Positions 45,389 through 55,429 of a stretch of 64,000 nt of DNA are shown piece after piece. Made by a program: the position numbers and the translations under genes. The DNA is from Canibacter sp. (GTDB lineage: Bacteria > Actinomycetota > Actinomycetes > Actinomycetales > Microbacteriaceae). Each line of letters starts with the position of its first letter. Within the stretch, counting starts at the first letter, position 1. The stretch is from contig JBQDFP010000010.1 in NCBI GenBank assembly GCA_052085365.1, forward strand, positions 4,884 to 68,883, written 5' to 3'. The notes under the pieces were generated by a model. The model did not search any database and had not been told where the DNA came from. It saw nothing but the letters and a program-made list of their open reading frames with translations.

Positions 45389-45706
45389 CTATGCCTGTGG
45401 CGGGAGTGCCGCAACTATCGGATGGTCGAACGCGTAGGGACCAACTCGTGCAGCTCCTCCCGGTGACCCGATTTCTTCAAAAAAGTCGACGTTCACCGAG
45501 TAATATTCAGACCATTCGTCTGGTAAATCATCCTCATAGTAGATCGCTTCAACGGGACAAACTGGTTCACAAGCACCGCAGTCGACGCATTCGTCCGGGT
45601 GGATGTATAGCGCGCGTTCACCTTCGTATATGCAATCAACAGGGCATTCATCTACGCAAGCTCGATCTTTTACATCTACACAAGGCAGCGCAATTACAAA
45701 TGTCAC
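45389..45706 (-). CDS. fdxA: 7Fe ferredoxin (3Fe-4S + 4Fe-4S), FdxA type
   Basis: CVDVKDRACVDECPVDCIY and CVDCGACEPVCPVEAI cluster motifs. The GTG start overlaps the upstream stop (GTGA). Confidence 0.92.
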   Translation of the reverse strand: MTFVIALPCVDVKDRACVDECPVDCIYEGERALYIHPDECVDCGACEPVCPVEAIYYEDDLPDEWSEYYSVNVDFFEEIGSPGGAARVGPYAFDHPIVAALPPQA

Positions 45707-48267
45707 CGAGAATCCCCTCCCTCTTGCTCTTTCAGCCAGTGTACCGCCGATTCATATTCCTCAATCACTTCGATCGTTGGGATGTCAGTGGTAATGTACT
45801 CCAGTTCAGAATTACCATTCTGACGAGGAAGCATACTTGCGGACAGCCCTGGAAATTCACCCAAGTCTGGACCCTGATTTTCAAGCACAACGATGAGAGT
45901 GCCTTCGGGCTCGAGCACATGCTGCACTCCTCGAATACCGATAGGCACACTTCCTGCACCAGACAGGTGTGTGAAACGAATCTCATCAGCAGTCAGTTCG
46001 ACCTTCATCTCGTTACTGCGCCACTGCAGACAGAAGGTGAGAGCTTCCCATGACTTCGGGAGTCGTGGGTCAAAGGCGAGTTCGCCATTCGTGTCTCGCA
46101 AACCTGCAAAGCCCTGGACAAGTGCAATCCACACCCCACCCGCTGATGCAATATGCACACCGTCGCTGGCGTTATTATGCAGGTCATCAAGGTCCACGAG
46201 CAACGCATGATGGAAATAGTCCAGCGCGAGCTCGTGGTACCCGACTTCTGCCGCGATAACGGATTGGACCACGGCCGACAGGCTGGAATCACCCGTCGTT
46301 AAACGGTCGTAGTATTCAAAGTTTGCGCGTTTTTCATCGGCGGTGAAGTCACCGCTTGCCAAGAGCATTGCGAGCACGACATCTGCTTGTTTCAACACTT
46401 GAAAACGGTAGATTACTAGCGGGTGAAAATGTAGCAGGAGTGGCTTTTGTGAAGGCGGTGTTGCGGCTAAATCCCACACTTCAAGTTCAAGAAAGTGCGC
46501 ATCCTGCGGGTGGATCTTGTGCGTCTCGTTGTAATGAATCGCCATACCTTGCTCAGCATCACGCCACTGGTCAATTTCTTGCTCAGTCACGTCCAAACGC
46601 TCAAGCATCGCTGTGTGCTCGTCGGGCGAGCGTTCGTCAAGGAATTCAAGCAGGTCTAGCGCACTTCGCAGGTTAAAGCGAGCCATGACGTTGGTATAGA
46701 GGTTGTCATTCACGACGGTGGTGTACTCGTCAGGTCCGGTCACCCCATGAATATGGAATGCCCGTGTGCCATCTGGTTCAACCCGCCAAAAGCCAAGTGA
46801 CATCCACATGCGAGCAGTTTCAATCGCAATATCGCCTGCTTTTCCACCAATAAATTCAGTGTCACCGGTCGCCCGAACATACCGTGCGAGTGCGTAGGTG
46901 ATATCGGCATTAATGTGGAATTGAGCAGTTCCAGCCGCATAGTAGGCACTCGCTTCTGCGCCATTAATCGTGCGCCACGCGAAGATCGCACCGCTTTCGT
47001 TGAGTTCCGCGGCACGTGCTCTGGCGGCAGGCAAAAGCCGTTCGCGGAATCGCAGCGCATTCCGGGCCCACTGCGGGCTTGTGTAGGTCAAGAATGGGGA
47101 AACGTAAATTTCACTGTCCCAGAAGTAGTGGCCGCTATAGCCTGAACCGGTCAGGCCCTTCGCAGGGATACCACGCCCGTCAGCGCGTGCCGATGCTTGT
47201 GCGAGTTGGAACAGGTTCCAGTTCACGGCTTGCTGCATACGAGAGTCAACACCGTGGATTTCTACCGCGCTTCGCTCCCAAAACCTGTCCAGGAACTCTC
47301 GCTGTTCGATCCACCGTTGCTCTTTGGGATGTCGCTGCTGCTCATTGAGCTGCTGCACACATCGGTCAACGAGCTCTCGCCCACTTGCGGCCTGCGAAAA
47401 GTCATAGGCCGAAGTTTTCACGAGCGTGATTTCTGTCCCAGCTGCAAGCGTGCCCTGGAACAGGTGTCGGACACGGTCTTCAGTAGCCTGGACCTCGCTG
47501 CTCCATTCAACCTCATCAGGAGTGAACAGCTCGTGATCCACTCCCACAACGACGCCCATACGGGAATTCGTCGTGCGATAGGCACGAACGCTGCGTGGGC
47601 CATCATCGAACCCAGACTCATGGTTCAGAATGCGTTCGGTAAACGAGTCAGATTTCCTTGGGTCTGAAATTTTCACGTCCCCAACCGGTGACTGCTCCAT
47701 TTCATTCCCCGGGGTGATTCGATTCATGTCTTGTCGGTTCGCGATGAGACTCGAAATCGTCATGTTCGCGTCTTGATCGACAGTCACGCTGTATTCGGTG
47801 GTGGTGATGTGTCGATGCGTGAATGAAACCATACGCTTCGAGTTCACCGTGACCCGTTTGCCTGAAGGCGTGTGCCAGGTAAAGGAACGGGCGAGAGTTC
47901 CTGCTTTGAGGTCGAGCGTCTGTTTCACGTCGTACAGCTCTGCAGTGTCGAGGTTTAGTCGTTCATCATCGACATACAATCGGATAGTTTTCGTGTCGGG
48001 CACGTTGACGATAGTTTGACCGATTTCAGCGAATCCGTATGCATTTTCTGCATGCTCAATCCGCCACGTTTCATGGAATCCATTTAAAAACGTGCCGTGT
48101 GAACCAACGGGAAGACCCTCTGGGAAATTTCCTCGCAACCCGACGAAACCATTGGCGAGCGCAAAGATTGTCTCGTTCAGTTCGCAGTGTGTGGCGTCAA
48201 TGCTGGTCAGCTCGAGCTGCCACGGGTTGTCTCCGTAGTCGCGAACGGAGTGGTAGCTATCTGTCAC
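45703..48267 (-). CDS. Glycoside hydrolase family 65 disaccharide phosphorylase (maltose/trehalose/kojibiose-phosphorylase-like)
   Basis: 854 aa with the GSGYSGHYFWDSEIY catalytic-region motif and a GH65-type N-terminal, (alpha/alpha)6 and C-terminal arrangement. It is paired with a beta-phosphoglucomutase gene. Substrate specificity cannot be read from the sequence. Confidence 0.85.
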   Translation of the reverse strand: MTDSYHSVRDYGDNPWQLELTSIDATHCELNETIFALANGFVGLRGNFPEGLPVGSHGTFLNGFHETWRIEHAENAYGFAEIGQTIVNVPDTKTIRLYVDDERLNLDTAELYDVKQTLDLKAGTLARSFTWHTPSGKRVTVNSKRMVSFTHRHITTTEYSVTVDQDANMTISSLIANRQDMNRITPGNEMEQSPVGDVKISDPRKSDSFTERILNHESGFDDGPRSVRAYRTTNSRMGVVVGVDHELFTPDEVEWSSEVQATEDRVRHLFQGTLAAGTEITLVKTSAYDFSQAASGRELVDRCVQQLNEQQRHPKEQRWIEQREFLDRFWERSAVEIHGVDSRMQQAVNWNLFQLAQASARADGRGIPAKGLTGSGYSGHYFWDSEIYVSPFLTYTSPQWARNALRFRERLLPAARARAAELNESGAIFAWRTINGAEASAYYAAGTAQFHINADITYALARYVRATGDTEFIGGKAGDIAIETARMWMSLGFWRVEPDGTRAFHIHGVTGPDEYTTVVNDNLYTNVMARFNLRSALDLLEFLDERSPDEHTAMLERLDVTEQEIDQWRDAEQGMAIHYNETHKIHPQDAHFLELEVWDLAATPPSQKPLLLHFHPLVIYRFQVLKQADVVLAMLLASGDFTADEKRANFEYYDRLTTGDSSLSAVVQSVIAAEVGYHELALDYFHHALLVDLDDLHNNASDGVHIASAGGVWIALVQGFAGLRDTNGELAFDPRLPKSWEALTFCLQWRSNEMKVELTADEIRFTHLSGAGSVPIGIRGVQHVLEPEGTLIVVLENQGPDLGEFPGLSASMLPRQNGNSELEYITTDIPTIEVIEEYESAVHWLKEQEGGDSR

Positions 48268-48276
48268 GCTTCATCC

Positions 48277-49023
48277 TTACTTGCTTGAAATGAGGTCGGC
48301 CAGGTCCGATACGACAATATGTGCCCCGGCCTGTTTCAGTGCGCTCGCCCCGGTTCCTCGGTTCACGCCAACGACTTGAGCGAAGTTTCCTGCAGCACCA
48401 GCAGCGACACCAGAAAGTGCGTCTTCAAACACGATTGCCTCGCTCGGGTCGACGCCAAGTTGCTGTGCAGCATAGAGGTAGGTGTCAGGGGCAGGTTTCC
48501 CTGCGAGCTGTTTCTCCTGAGCGACGTTGCCATCTACTACCGTTTGAAACCGGCCCGCTAGTCCTGAAACTTCTAGAACCTGCTGCGCATTTCGTGAAGA
48601 TGAAACCACTGCGAGTTTAAACTTTGGGGAGTTGAGCTGATCAAGTAACGCGAGTGAACCTGGGTACGGTTGGATTCCGTCCCGGTCAAGAATCACACGA
48701 AAGCGTCGGTTTTTTTCGTTGCCTATGCCGCAGACAGTAGTGAGTTCGGTGTCTGTTTCTGAACCCCATGGAAGCGTGATACCTCGTGAGTTGAGCAACG
48801 TTTGAACACCGTCGAAGCGGCTTCTCCCGTCAAGAGTTTCGAAATATTCGTGTTCTTGATAGGCAGGGTGGCCATTCGCGATAAAGAAGTCGTTGAAGGT
48901 TTCTTCCCATGCACGCATGTGGATTTCAACGGTTGGGGTGAGCACTCCGTCAAGATCGAATAAGAAGCCGCTCAGCGAAGATTTTGGAGTTGTGCCGACT
49001 GCGGGCTCAAATGAATTGCTCAT
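48277..49023 (-). CDS. pgmB: Beta-phosphoglucomutase / HAD-IA hydrolase
   Basis: FLFDLDGVLTPT (DxDG), VVSSSRNA and VFEDALSGVAAGAAG. GTG 49041 is an alternative start. Confidence 0.8.
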   Translation of the reverse strand: MSNSFEPAVGTTPKSSLSGFLFDLDGVLTPTVEIHMRAWEETFNDFFIANGHPAYQEHEYFETLDGRSRFDGVQTLLNSRGITLPWGSETDTELTTVCGIGNEKNRRFRVILDRDGIQPYPGSLALLDQLNSPKFKLAVVSSSRNAQQVLEVSGLAGRFQTVVDGNVAQEKQLAGKPAPDTYLYAAQQLGVDPSEAIVFEDALSGVAAGAAGNFAQVVGVNRGTGASALKQAGAHIVVSDLADLISSK

Positions 49024-49098
49024 ATCGTCCAGCCTACCCACGGCGAGCTTTATTCGGGCTGCATTTCAGTATCAAACGCGACACCGAATCTAGTTTGC

Positions 49099-49533
49099 TC
49101 ATGCGAGCTGCGCATAGAACAAAACGGCCCATACGCTGACGATAAGTATTGGTCCGGCAGCAAACACTGCTCCTTTGCCTTCTCGGGTTCTCTTCCAGAG
49201 CGCATTCAGGAAGAGCGTGGCGCTTGCAAGTACCGCATATGGGCTCAGAAACTCACTGCCCGCGTGGATTACCACGACCCAGCAGAGCAGAGGCAGAAGC
49301 TTCACATCCCCCATTCCGAGTCCGTCTGGAGACACTGCTCGAAGTGTCGCTCCAAAAACGAACGCGATTCCTGCACCGTATATTGCGTTTGGCGTTACCA
49401 CCTGAGCGACCACGTCACTCGTGATGATCGTGAGTGTCCCTAAGCCAAGCAGGCGGTTCGGGAGACGGAGCTCTTGGCTGTCAGTATGAGTCAACGCGAC
49501 TGATAGCGCTGCGAAGAGTACAAGAGTGAGCAT
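49099..49533 (-). CDS. Minimal A24-family (prepilin/TadV-like) aspartic peptidase
   Basis: 144 aa and polytopic. Both catalytic Asp contexts are present: THTDSQELRLPN and GMGDVKLL. Confidence 0.65.
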   Translation of the reverse strand: MLTLVLFAALSVALTHTDSQELRLPNRLLGLGTLTIITSDVVAQVVTPNAIYGAGIAFVFGATLRAVSPDGLGMGDVKLLPLLCWVVVIHAGSEFLSPYAVLASATLFLNALWKRTREGKGAVFAAGPILIVSVWAVLFYAQLA

Positions 49534-49556
49534 CGGGGGCTGCGCACGGGTAGATA

Positions 49557-50513
49557 TTAGGTGCGCACGACGGGTATCGAACTTGTCACCGTGTCGGGTT
49601 CGTTGTCGGGCACGACCTCAGTACCGATACCACTGGTGGTAAAGATTTCGAGCAGGATCGAGTGTGGTTCTCGCCCATCGATGATTGCGGCTTTGTGCAC
49701 TCCAGAATGTACCGCGTCGCTGCAGGCTTTCATTTTTGGAATCATTCCGGATGCAAGGTCAGGAATCATGTCGTCAAGTTCGCTCACGCTCAGGGACGAA
49801 ATAATTGACGATGTGTCCGGCCAGTCTGCATACAGTCCAGGAACGTCAGTGAGGATCACGAGTTTCTCGGCTTGGAGTGCGCTTGCGAGCGCTGAAGCTG
49901 CAGCGTCGGCATTGATATTGAGTGTGTTCCGGTCGGTTCCGCTATCAGGCGCGATCGATGATACTACTGGGATCAAGCCGCGGTCTGTCATCGACAGGAT
50001 AGCTTCTGGCCGCACGCTGACAATGTCTCCGACCATTCCGAGATCGACGTGCTCTCCCTCAATTTGCATGGGAGAACGTTTTTGTGCGCTGAAAAGTCCC
50101 GCGTCTTCACCTGAGACACCCACAGCAAACGGCCCGTGTGAATTTATTGCATCGACGAGTTCTGGATTTACCTTCCCAGTAAGGACCATGCGTACGACGT
50201 CCATAACCTCTGGCGTTGTGACCCGGTAGCCACCTTTGAACTCGCTTTCCAATTCGAGACGTTCAAGCATGCGAGAGATTTGTGGACCGCCGCCGTGCAC
50301 GATCACCGGGCGAATTCCGACGTGACGCAAATAGACAACGTCCTCTGCAAAAGCCTGCATAAGTTCCGGTTTCACCATGGCGTTGCCGCCGAATTTAATG
50401 ACCATGATGGCATCACGGAACTGCTTCATCCACGGCAATGACTCGATGAGCACTTGGGCCTTTACCGAGGCTTCGCTCTCTAGTGAGATGAGATCGCGTG
50501 TGTTCTTCATCAT
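49557..50513 (-). CDS. argB: Acetylglutamate kinase
   Basis: [19 protein letters not shown] and typical amino-acid-kinase fold motifs. It lies downstream of argJ. Confidence 0.95.
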   Translation of the reverse strand: MMKNTRDLISLESEASVKAQVLIESLPWMKQFRDAIMVIKFGGNAMVKPELMQAFAEDVVYLRHVGIRPVIVHGGGPQISRMLERLELESEFKGGYRVTTPEVMDVVRMVLTGKVNPELVDAINSHGPFAVGVSGEDAGLFSAQKRSPMQIEGEHVDLGMVGDIVSVRPEAILSMTDRGLIPVVSSIAPDSGTDRNTLNINADAAASALASALQAEKLVILTDVPGLYADWPDTSSIISSLSVSELDDMIPDLASGMIPKMKACSDAVHSGVHKAAIIDGREPHSILLEIFTTSGIGTEVVPDNEPDTVTSSIPVVRT

Positions 50514-50522
50514 GTCCTTTAC

Positions 50523-51677
50523 TTAGCTCGAATACGCGCTATTTTCGTGCACATAATCGTGTGTCAAATCATTACTGCGCACCATCACGTTGTGATCACC
50601 GTTGTGCAGTTCAATGAGCACATCAGTGTGACGCGGACTCAGATCGCATTCGCTTACTGGACGGTCTGGAGCTCCTGCGTGGCACAGCCGTACACCGTTA
50701 AAAGACACGTCGACAGCATAGGGATCAAACGCGGCCTGAGTGGTGCCAATTGCGGCGAGCACACGACCCCAGTTAGGGTCATTGCCAAAAATTGCTGCCT
50801 TGAACAGATTGTTGCGAGCTACTGAACGAGCTACTTCAAGCCCATCTTCATCATCGTGAGCACCCGTGACACGAATATCTATGGTGTGACTTGCACCTTC
50901 TGCATCTGCCTGGAGTTGGGCCGCAAGACGCTCACAGACAGCTAAAAGCTGCGTCGTAAATTCTGCGACAGTTGGAGTCACACCCGACTCACCGCTGGCG
51001 AGCAGCGTGACTTGGTCATTAGTAGACATGCATCCATCTGAGTCGAGTCGATCAAAACTCAAGCTTGTTGCCGATCGAAGTGCCTGGTCAAGATCATCAG
51101 AGGACAAGTCCGCATCAGTGGTGATGACGACCAGCATAGTTGCAAGGCCTGGCGCAAGCATACCCGCACCTTTTGCCATAGCCCCGATTCGCCAACCGTC
51201 AGCATGTTCATACTCTTCTGTTTTCGTGACTGAATCGGTAGTGAGGATCGCTTCTGCCGCACTGATATCGGTTGCAGCAAGCGCTCCGACCAGAGACGGC
51301 ACACCCCCGACGATACGGTTTCTGAAACCTTCATCCCCGAAACCGATCAACCCGGTAGAACAAACGAGGACTTTACGCGATTCTGATCCGAGCTGTTCAG
51401 CAACGGTGGCCGCAGTGAGTGAACTGGTTTCATACCCAAAGTCACCCGTGAAACAGTTGGCACCTCCTGAATTTAAAATGATGGCATGGCAGTCGCTGAT
51501 GTCTGCTTGCTTGCTCCATAAAATAGGGTTCGCCTGTGCACGATTACTCGTAAACACAGCTGCCCCAGACCGTCGGGCACCATCATTGACCACCAATGCA
51601 AGATCAGGTTTACCGGTGGATTTGAGCCCGACAGCGATGCCAGCTGCACGAAAGCCAAGCGGGTAGGTCACGGTCAC
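50523..51677 (-). CDS. argJ: Bifunctional glutamate N-acetyltransferase / amino-acid acetyltransferase
   Basis: [16 protein letters not shown] autoprocessing region (the T of ATML), and a C-terminus [10 protein letters not shown] typical of ArgJ. Confidence 0.95.
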   Translation of the reverse strand: MTVTYPLGFRAAGIAVGLKSTGKPDLALVVNDGARRSGAAVFTSNRAQANPILWSKQADISDCHAIILNSGGANCFTGDFGYETSSLTAATVAEQLGSESRKVLVCSTGLIGFGDEGFRNRIVGGVPSLVGALAATDISAAEAILTTDSVTKTEEYEHADGWRIGAMAKGAGMLAPGLATMLVVITTDADLSSDDLDQALRSATSLSFDRLDSDGCMSTNDQVTLLASGESGVTPTVAEFTTQLLAVCERLAAQLQADAEGASHTIDIRVTGAHDDEDGLEVARSVARNNLFKAAIFGNDPNWGRVLAAIGTTQAAFDPYAVDVSFNGVRLCHAGAPDRPVSECDLSPRHTDVLIELHNGDHNVMVRSNDLTHDYVHENSAYSS

Positions 51678-52732
51678 GGTGCGACTCCGTTCACAGTCAG
51701 TCCGGTCGATTCGGGAAGGTCCAGCGCAATATTTGCGGATTGAATAGCTGCGCCCGCGGTGCCCTTCGTCAAGTTATCGAGCGCCGCGGTCACCACCACT
51801 CGACGTGTTGCCTCGTCAATCACTAAGCTCATCAGACACGTGTTCGCTCCCACAGTGTCGGCAGTTCTCGGCAGCACCCCCTCTGGCAAGAGACGCACAA
51901 AGGTTTCGGATGCATACGCGTCTTCCCAGGCGGTCCGAATCTGCTCTGCAGTCGCCCCTGGTGCGATCTTCGCGGTGCTCGTTGCGAGAATTCCGCGAGA
52001 CATGGGCACAAGCATTGGCGTGAAGTTGATGTTGATGTCAGTCTGAGCGCCCGCGTTTCGCAGCGCTTGGGCAACCTCGGGAATATGTCGGTGGGTGCCA
52101 CCCACCGCATAGGGACGGGCAGAACCGAGCATTTCTGAGGCAAGAAGCTCGGTTTTCGCGGCTTTTCCCGCGCCGGAAGGTCCGACGGCGAGGACCGTCA
52201 CAATATCTTCTGCAGTGATAACACCGGCGTGAATACCGGGTGCCAGAGACATCGCAACGGTGCTGGCGTTACAACCGGGCGCCGCAATTCGGCTGGCCCC
52301 ACGCAGACAGTCACGTTGTTTTCCTCCGCCGTGTTCTTCCGCCAGTGGCAATTCCGGGACACCATAGGTCCACGCACCGTGATAGGCACCGGTATAAAAT
52401 GCGCCCCAATCGGTTTCCCGTTCGAGTCGGTGATCAGCGCCGCAGTCAATCACCAGGCGAACATTGTTTAACTGCTCCGTAAGGGCTCCGGAAGCACCAT
52501 GCGGAAGCGCAAAAAACACCACATCATGACCATCGAGAACTTCTGGAGTAAGTGCTTGCAGCGTCAAGTGCGCCAATGATCGTAAGTGAGGTTGATGTTG
52601 AATAAGTGGATCACCCGCCGAGGAATGCCCTGCAACTGTCGTCACTTCAAATTCAGGGTGGCTTGTGAGGAGCCGGAGTATTTCTCCACCGGCATAGCCA
52701 CTCGCCCCAGCAACTGCGACACGAATACTCAC
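51674..52732 (-). CDS. argC: N-acetyl-gamma-glutamyl-phosphate reductase
   Basis: [18 protein letters not shown] and an active-site Cys context (AAPGCNAST). AAGGAGG lies upstream of the GTG start, and there is a GTGA overlap with argJ. Confidence 0.95.
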   Translation of the reverse strand: MSIRVAVAGASGYAGGEILRLLTSHPEFEVTTVAGHSSAGDPLIQHQPHLRSLAHLTLQALTPEVLDGHDVVFFALPHGASGALTEQLNNVRLVIDCGADHRLERETDWGAFYTGAYHGAWTYGVPELPLAEEHGGGKQRDCLRGASRIAAPGCNASTVAMSLAPGIHAGVITAEDIVTVLAVGPSGAGKAAKTELLASEMLGSARPYAVGGTHRHIPEVAQALRNAGAQTDININFTPMLVPMSRGILATSTAKIAPGATAEQIRTAWEDAYASETFVRLLPEGVLPRTADTVGANTCLMSLVIDEATRRVVVTAALDNLTKGTAGAAIQSANIALDLPESTGLTVNGVAP

Positions 52733-52812
52733 GACGCCTCCTTGATGATTGGTCTGCGTGATCTAGCCTATCCCTCGCAGGACATAACTCGTTCGACTAC
52801 ACCGTTGGCTGC

Positions 52813-52861
52813 ACAACAATAAGAAATATCCCGGCTGTGTACAACGACACAACCGGGATAT
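52813..52861 (-). terminator. Intrinsic terminator after pheT
   Basis: ATATCCCGGCTGTGT (from 52826) pairs with ACACAACCGGGATAT (to 52861) with one mismatch. On the minus strand it is followed by the T-rich TTTCTTATTGTTG. Confidence 0.65.
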
Positions 52862-52885
52862 CTTGAGACTCACGTGGGCCGAATA

Positions 52886-55429
52886 CTAGTCCCTGATTTT
52901 TGCTCCATAGACAGTCTCAGCGTGTTGGACACCTGCAAATTTCGCTTCACTCGCGTCTTCCGCTTTGAGAGTCCGATCAGCTGCTCGGAAGCGAAGCGCA
53001 AATGTGAGCGCACGCTTCCCGTCTTCGATGCCGTCACCCTGATAGTCAGCAACCAGACGCGCATGTTCAAGCAGCTCACCGGCTCCTTCTTCGAACGTTC
53101 TAAGCACGTCTGCAGCAGGAATCGATGCGTCCACGATCAGTGTGACGTCTTGAGTTGCTGCGGGGTAGGTCACCAACGGCTTCACCGTGGCCATCTTGGG
53201 AGCGAGCGCTATAAGCTTGGTGAGATCAATTTCGAATGCACTCGCTCCAACCGGCAGATGCAGGTCGGCAACAAGCTGTGGCAGCAATTCACCTGCGCGA
53301 CCTACGGGTTCGCCATTGAGCTGAAGCACCGCGGTACGACCCGGGTGAAATGCGGAATGGCTGCCTTGACTCACTGCAAGCTCCGCCCCAACTGACCATG
53401 CCACTTGACGGGCCGCTTCAATCGCGTCTGCCCAATCTGCTACATTGCTCGGTTGGAATGGCTGGCTCTGAATCCGCTGGCCGACGAAGACACCGCCCAC
53501 GTGAACATTCTGTTCAGGAATTGAGTCGTTCAACGCCGCCAGTGTCTCGTCACTCGGTAGTTCAGCGAGCGGGGGAAGCTCCTGTGTCCCAAGAACTTGC
53601 CCTTCTTCAGGCAAGAAAACAGACCCGAATTCCACCAAGCTCAAGTCTACAAGGCCACGAGAGTAGTTGCGCTGTGCGCAAGCGATCAGGCCCGGCAGGA
53701 GTGAGCGACGCAGAAACGGAGCGCTGCCATCAAGCGGATTCACGAGTTTGATAGCACGAACCGAAGTGTTTTCAGCCATACCGCGCTCGCGGTCGAAACG
53801 GTCAAGCTGGCTCTGGCTCACAAACGGATAGTTTTGAACCTCGGTAAAGCCCACCGCAGTGATGTGGTTCGCTGCACGACGACGGAGCTTCTGCTCGCGT
53901 GTGAACCCCCGCCCTGCTGGCGCGGTCGGCAACACCGACGGGATGCGATCGTATCCGTGGATACGCGCAACTTCTTCCGCGAGATCATGTTTGCGAGTCA
54001 AATCGCTCCGCCAACTCGGTGCAGTCACCTCGAGGTCGCCATTTCGTTCGACGACATGACAGCCGATCAGTTCAAGCGCTTCGCGAATCTCGTGTGGCGT
54101 GTACTCAACACCGACCAGGCTGTTCACAAAGCCCTGCGGAAGGAACACCGCCTGCGCGGTCCATTCCGCGGCAAGGTCACTTCCCAACGAATCTGCTGTA
54201 CCGCCGCCATATTCAACTAACAGATCAACCATACGTTGAGCCGCGGCACGAGCGACAAGCGGATCCACCCCACGTTCGAAGCGTTTCGATGCTTCGCTGG
54301 GAAGTTTATGGCGACGTGAGGTGCGCGCAATTGAGATCGGGTCGAAAGTTGCCGCCTCGATAAGAACGTCCGTCGTCGATTCATCAGTCTTGGTGCTCTC
54401 ACCGCCCATAACACCGGCCAGGCCAATCACACCAGAGTCGTCAGTGATTACCAAATCTTGCGCATCAAGCTTACGTTCTTGACCGTCAAGAGTGACCAGT
54501 GTCTCTCCTTGGGCCGCCCGACGAACGGTAATCCCGCCAGAAACTTTCGCTGCATCGTAGGCATGCAGAGGGTTGCCGAGTTCGAGCATGACGTAGTTTG
54601 AGATATCGGCGGCAAGTCCGAGAGGTCGTTGACCAGCAAGGATGAGGCGCGCTACCATCCACTGCGGTGTCGGACGCGACTGGTCGACCCCGCGTACCGT
54701 GCGGACAATGAAACCGGCGGCCCCTTCGCGTCCACGAATCGGCGCAGTGTCATTGAGCACTACATCAAAGCCCGACACGTTCGCGGCGAACGCCCGTTGC
54801 GTCAACTCTGTTGCGGGATCCACAAATTCGCTTCCGGTCGCGTGAGAGTATTCTCGGGCGACACCGCGCACAGAGAACGCATACCCACGGTCCGGGGTGA
54901 CGTTAATTTCGACTGCGGCATCCTGCATACCAAGTAGCTCGAGTGCGGCTGTTCCCACAGGCGCGTCAAGACCAAGATCTGCAAGCACGATAATGCCGTC
55001 ATGTTCATCACCGAGGCCGAGTTCACGCTGTGAAGCAATCATTCCGTCTGAGACGTGCCCATAAGTTTTTCGCGCCGCGATTTGGAAATCACCAGGCAGA
55101 ACCGCGCCTGGCAACGTCACCACAACTTTATCGCCGACGTCAAAGTTATGTGCCCCGCATACGATACCGCGGACGTCTTCGCCGCCATCAGCAGCCTGTT
55201 CGCCTTCTGGAGCCACCCGAACCTGACACCAGTTCACCGTCTTTCCATTGGAATGCTCTTCCGGTTCACGGGTAAGCACTTCACCGACAACGATGGGACC
55301 AGTGCTTTCAAATACGTGCAGGTCTTCTTCCTCAAATCCAACGCTGACCAAGTCGGCATGCACCGACTCCGGCGTCGCATTATCGCGAAGCGTCACCAGG
55401 TCACCTAACCAGCTCAGTGGAATACGCAT
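52886..55429 (-). CDS. pheT: Phenylalanine--tRNA ligase beta subunit
   Basis: 847 aa. MRIPLSWL N-terminus, with tRNA-binding, B3/4, B5 and FDX-ACB domain order. There is a TAATG overlap with pheS. Confidence 0.95.
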   Translation of the reverse strand: MRIPLSWLGDLVTLRDNATPESVHADLVSVGFEEEDLHVFESTGPIVVGEVLTREPEEHSNGKTVNWCQVRVAPEGEQAADGGEDVRGIVCGAHNFDVGDKVVVTLPGAVLPGDFQIAARKTYGHVSDGMIASQRELGLGDEHDGIIVLADLGLDAPVGTAALELLGMQDAAVEINVTPDRGYAFSVRGVAREYSHATGSEFVDPATELTQRAFAANVSGFDVVLNDTAPIRGREGAAGFIVRTVRGVDQSRPTPQWMVARLILAGQRPLGLAADISNYVMLELGNPLHAYDAAKVSGGITVRRAAQGETLVTLDGQERKLDAQDLVITDDSGVIGLAGVMGGESTKTDESTTDVLIEAATFDPISIARTSRRHKLPSEASKRFERGVDPLVARAAAQRMVDLLVEYGGGTADSLGSDLAAEWTAQAVFLPQGFVNSLVGVEYTPHEIREALELIGCHVVERNGDLEVTAPSWRSDLTRKHDLAEEVARIHGYDRIPSVLPTAPAGRGFTREQKLRRRAANHITAVGFTEVQNYPFVSQSQLDRFDRERGMAENTSVRAIKLVNPLDGSAPFLRRSLLPGLIACAQRNYSRGLVDLSLVEFGSVFLPEEGQVLGTQELPPLAELPSDETLAALNDSIPEQNVHVGGVFVGQRIQSQPFQPSNVADWADAIEAARQVAWSVGAELAVSQGSHSAFHPGRTAVLQLNGEPVGRAGELLPQLVADLHLPVGASAFEIDLTKLIALAPKMATVKPLVTYPAATQDVTLIVDASIPAADVLRTFEEGAGELLEHARLVADYQGDGIEDGKRALTFALRFRAADRTLKAEDASEAKFAGVQHAETVYGAKIRD

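Noticed and set aside
45331-46053. 240-aa plus-strand ORF across fdxA and the GH65 3' end
   Set aside because: It is antisense to two strongly supported genes, and the product is R/H/L-rich with no domain.
49561-51666. Two antisense ORFs longer than 200 aa (49561..50229 and 51007..51666) within argB and argJ
   Set aside because: They show S/A/T/P-rich antisense artefact composition. argB and argJ are unambiguous on the minus strand.
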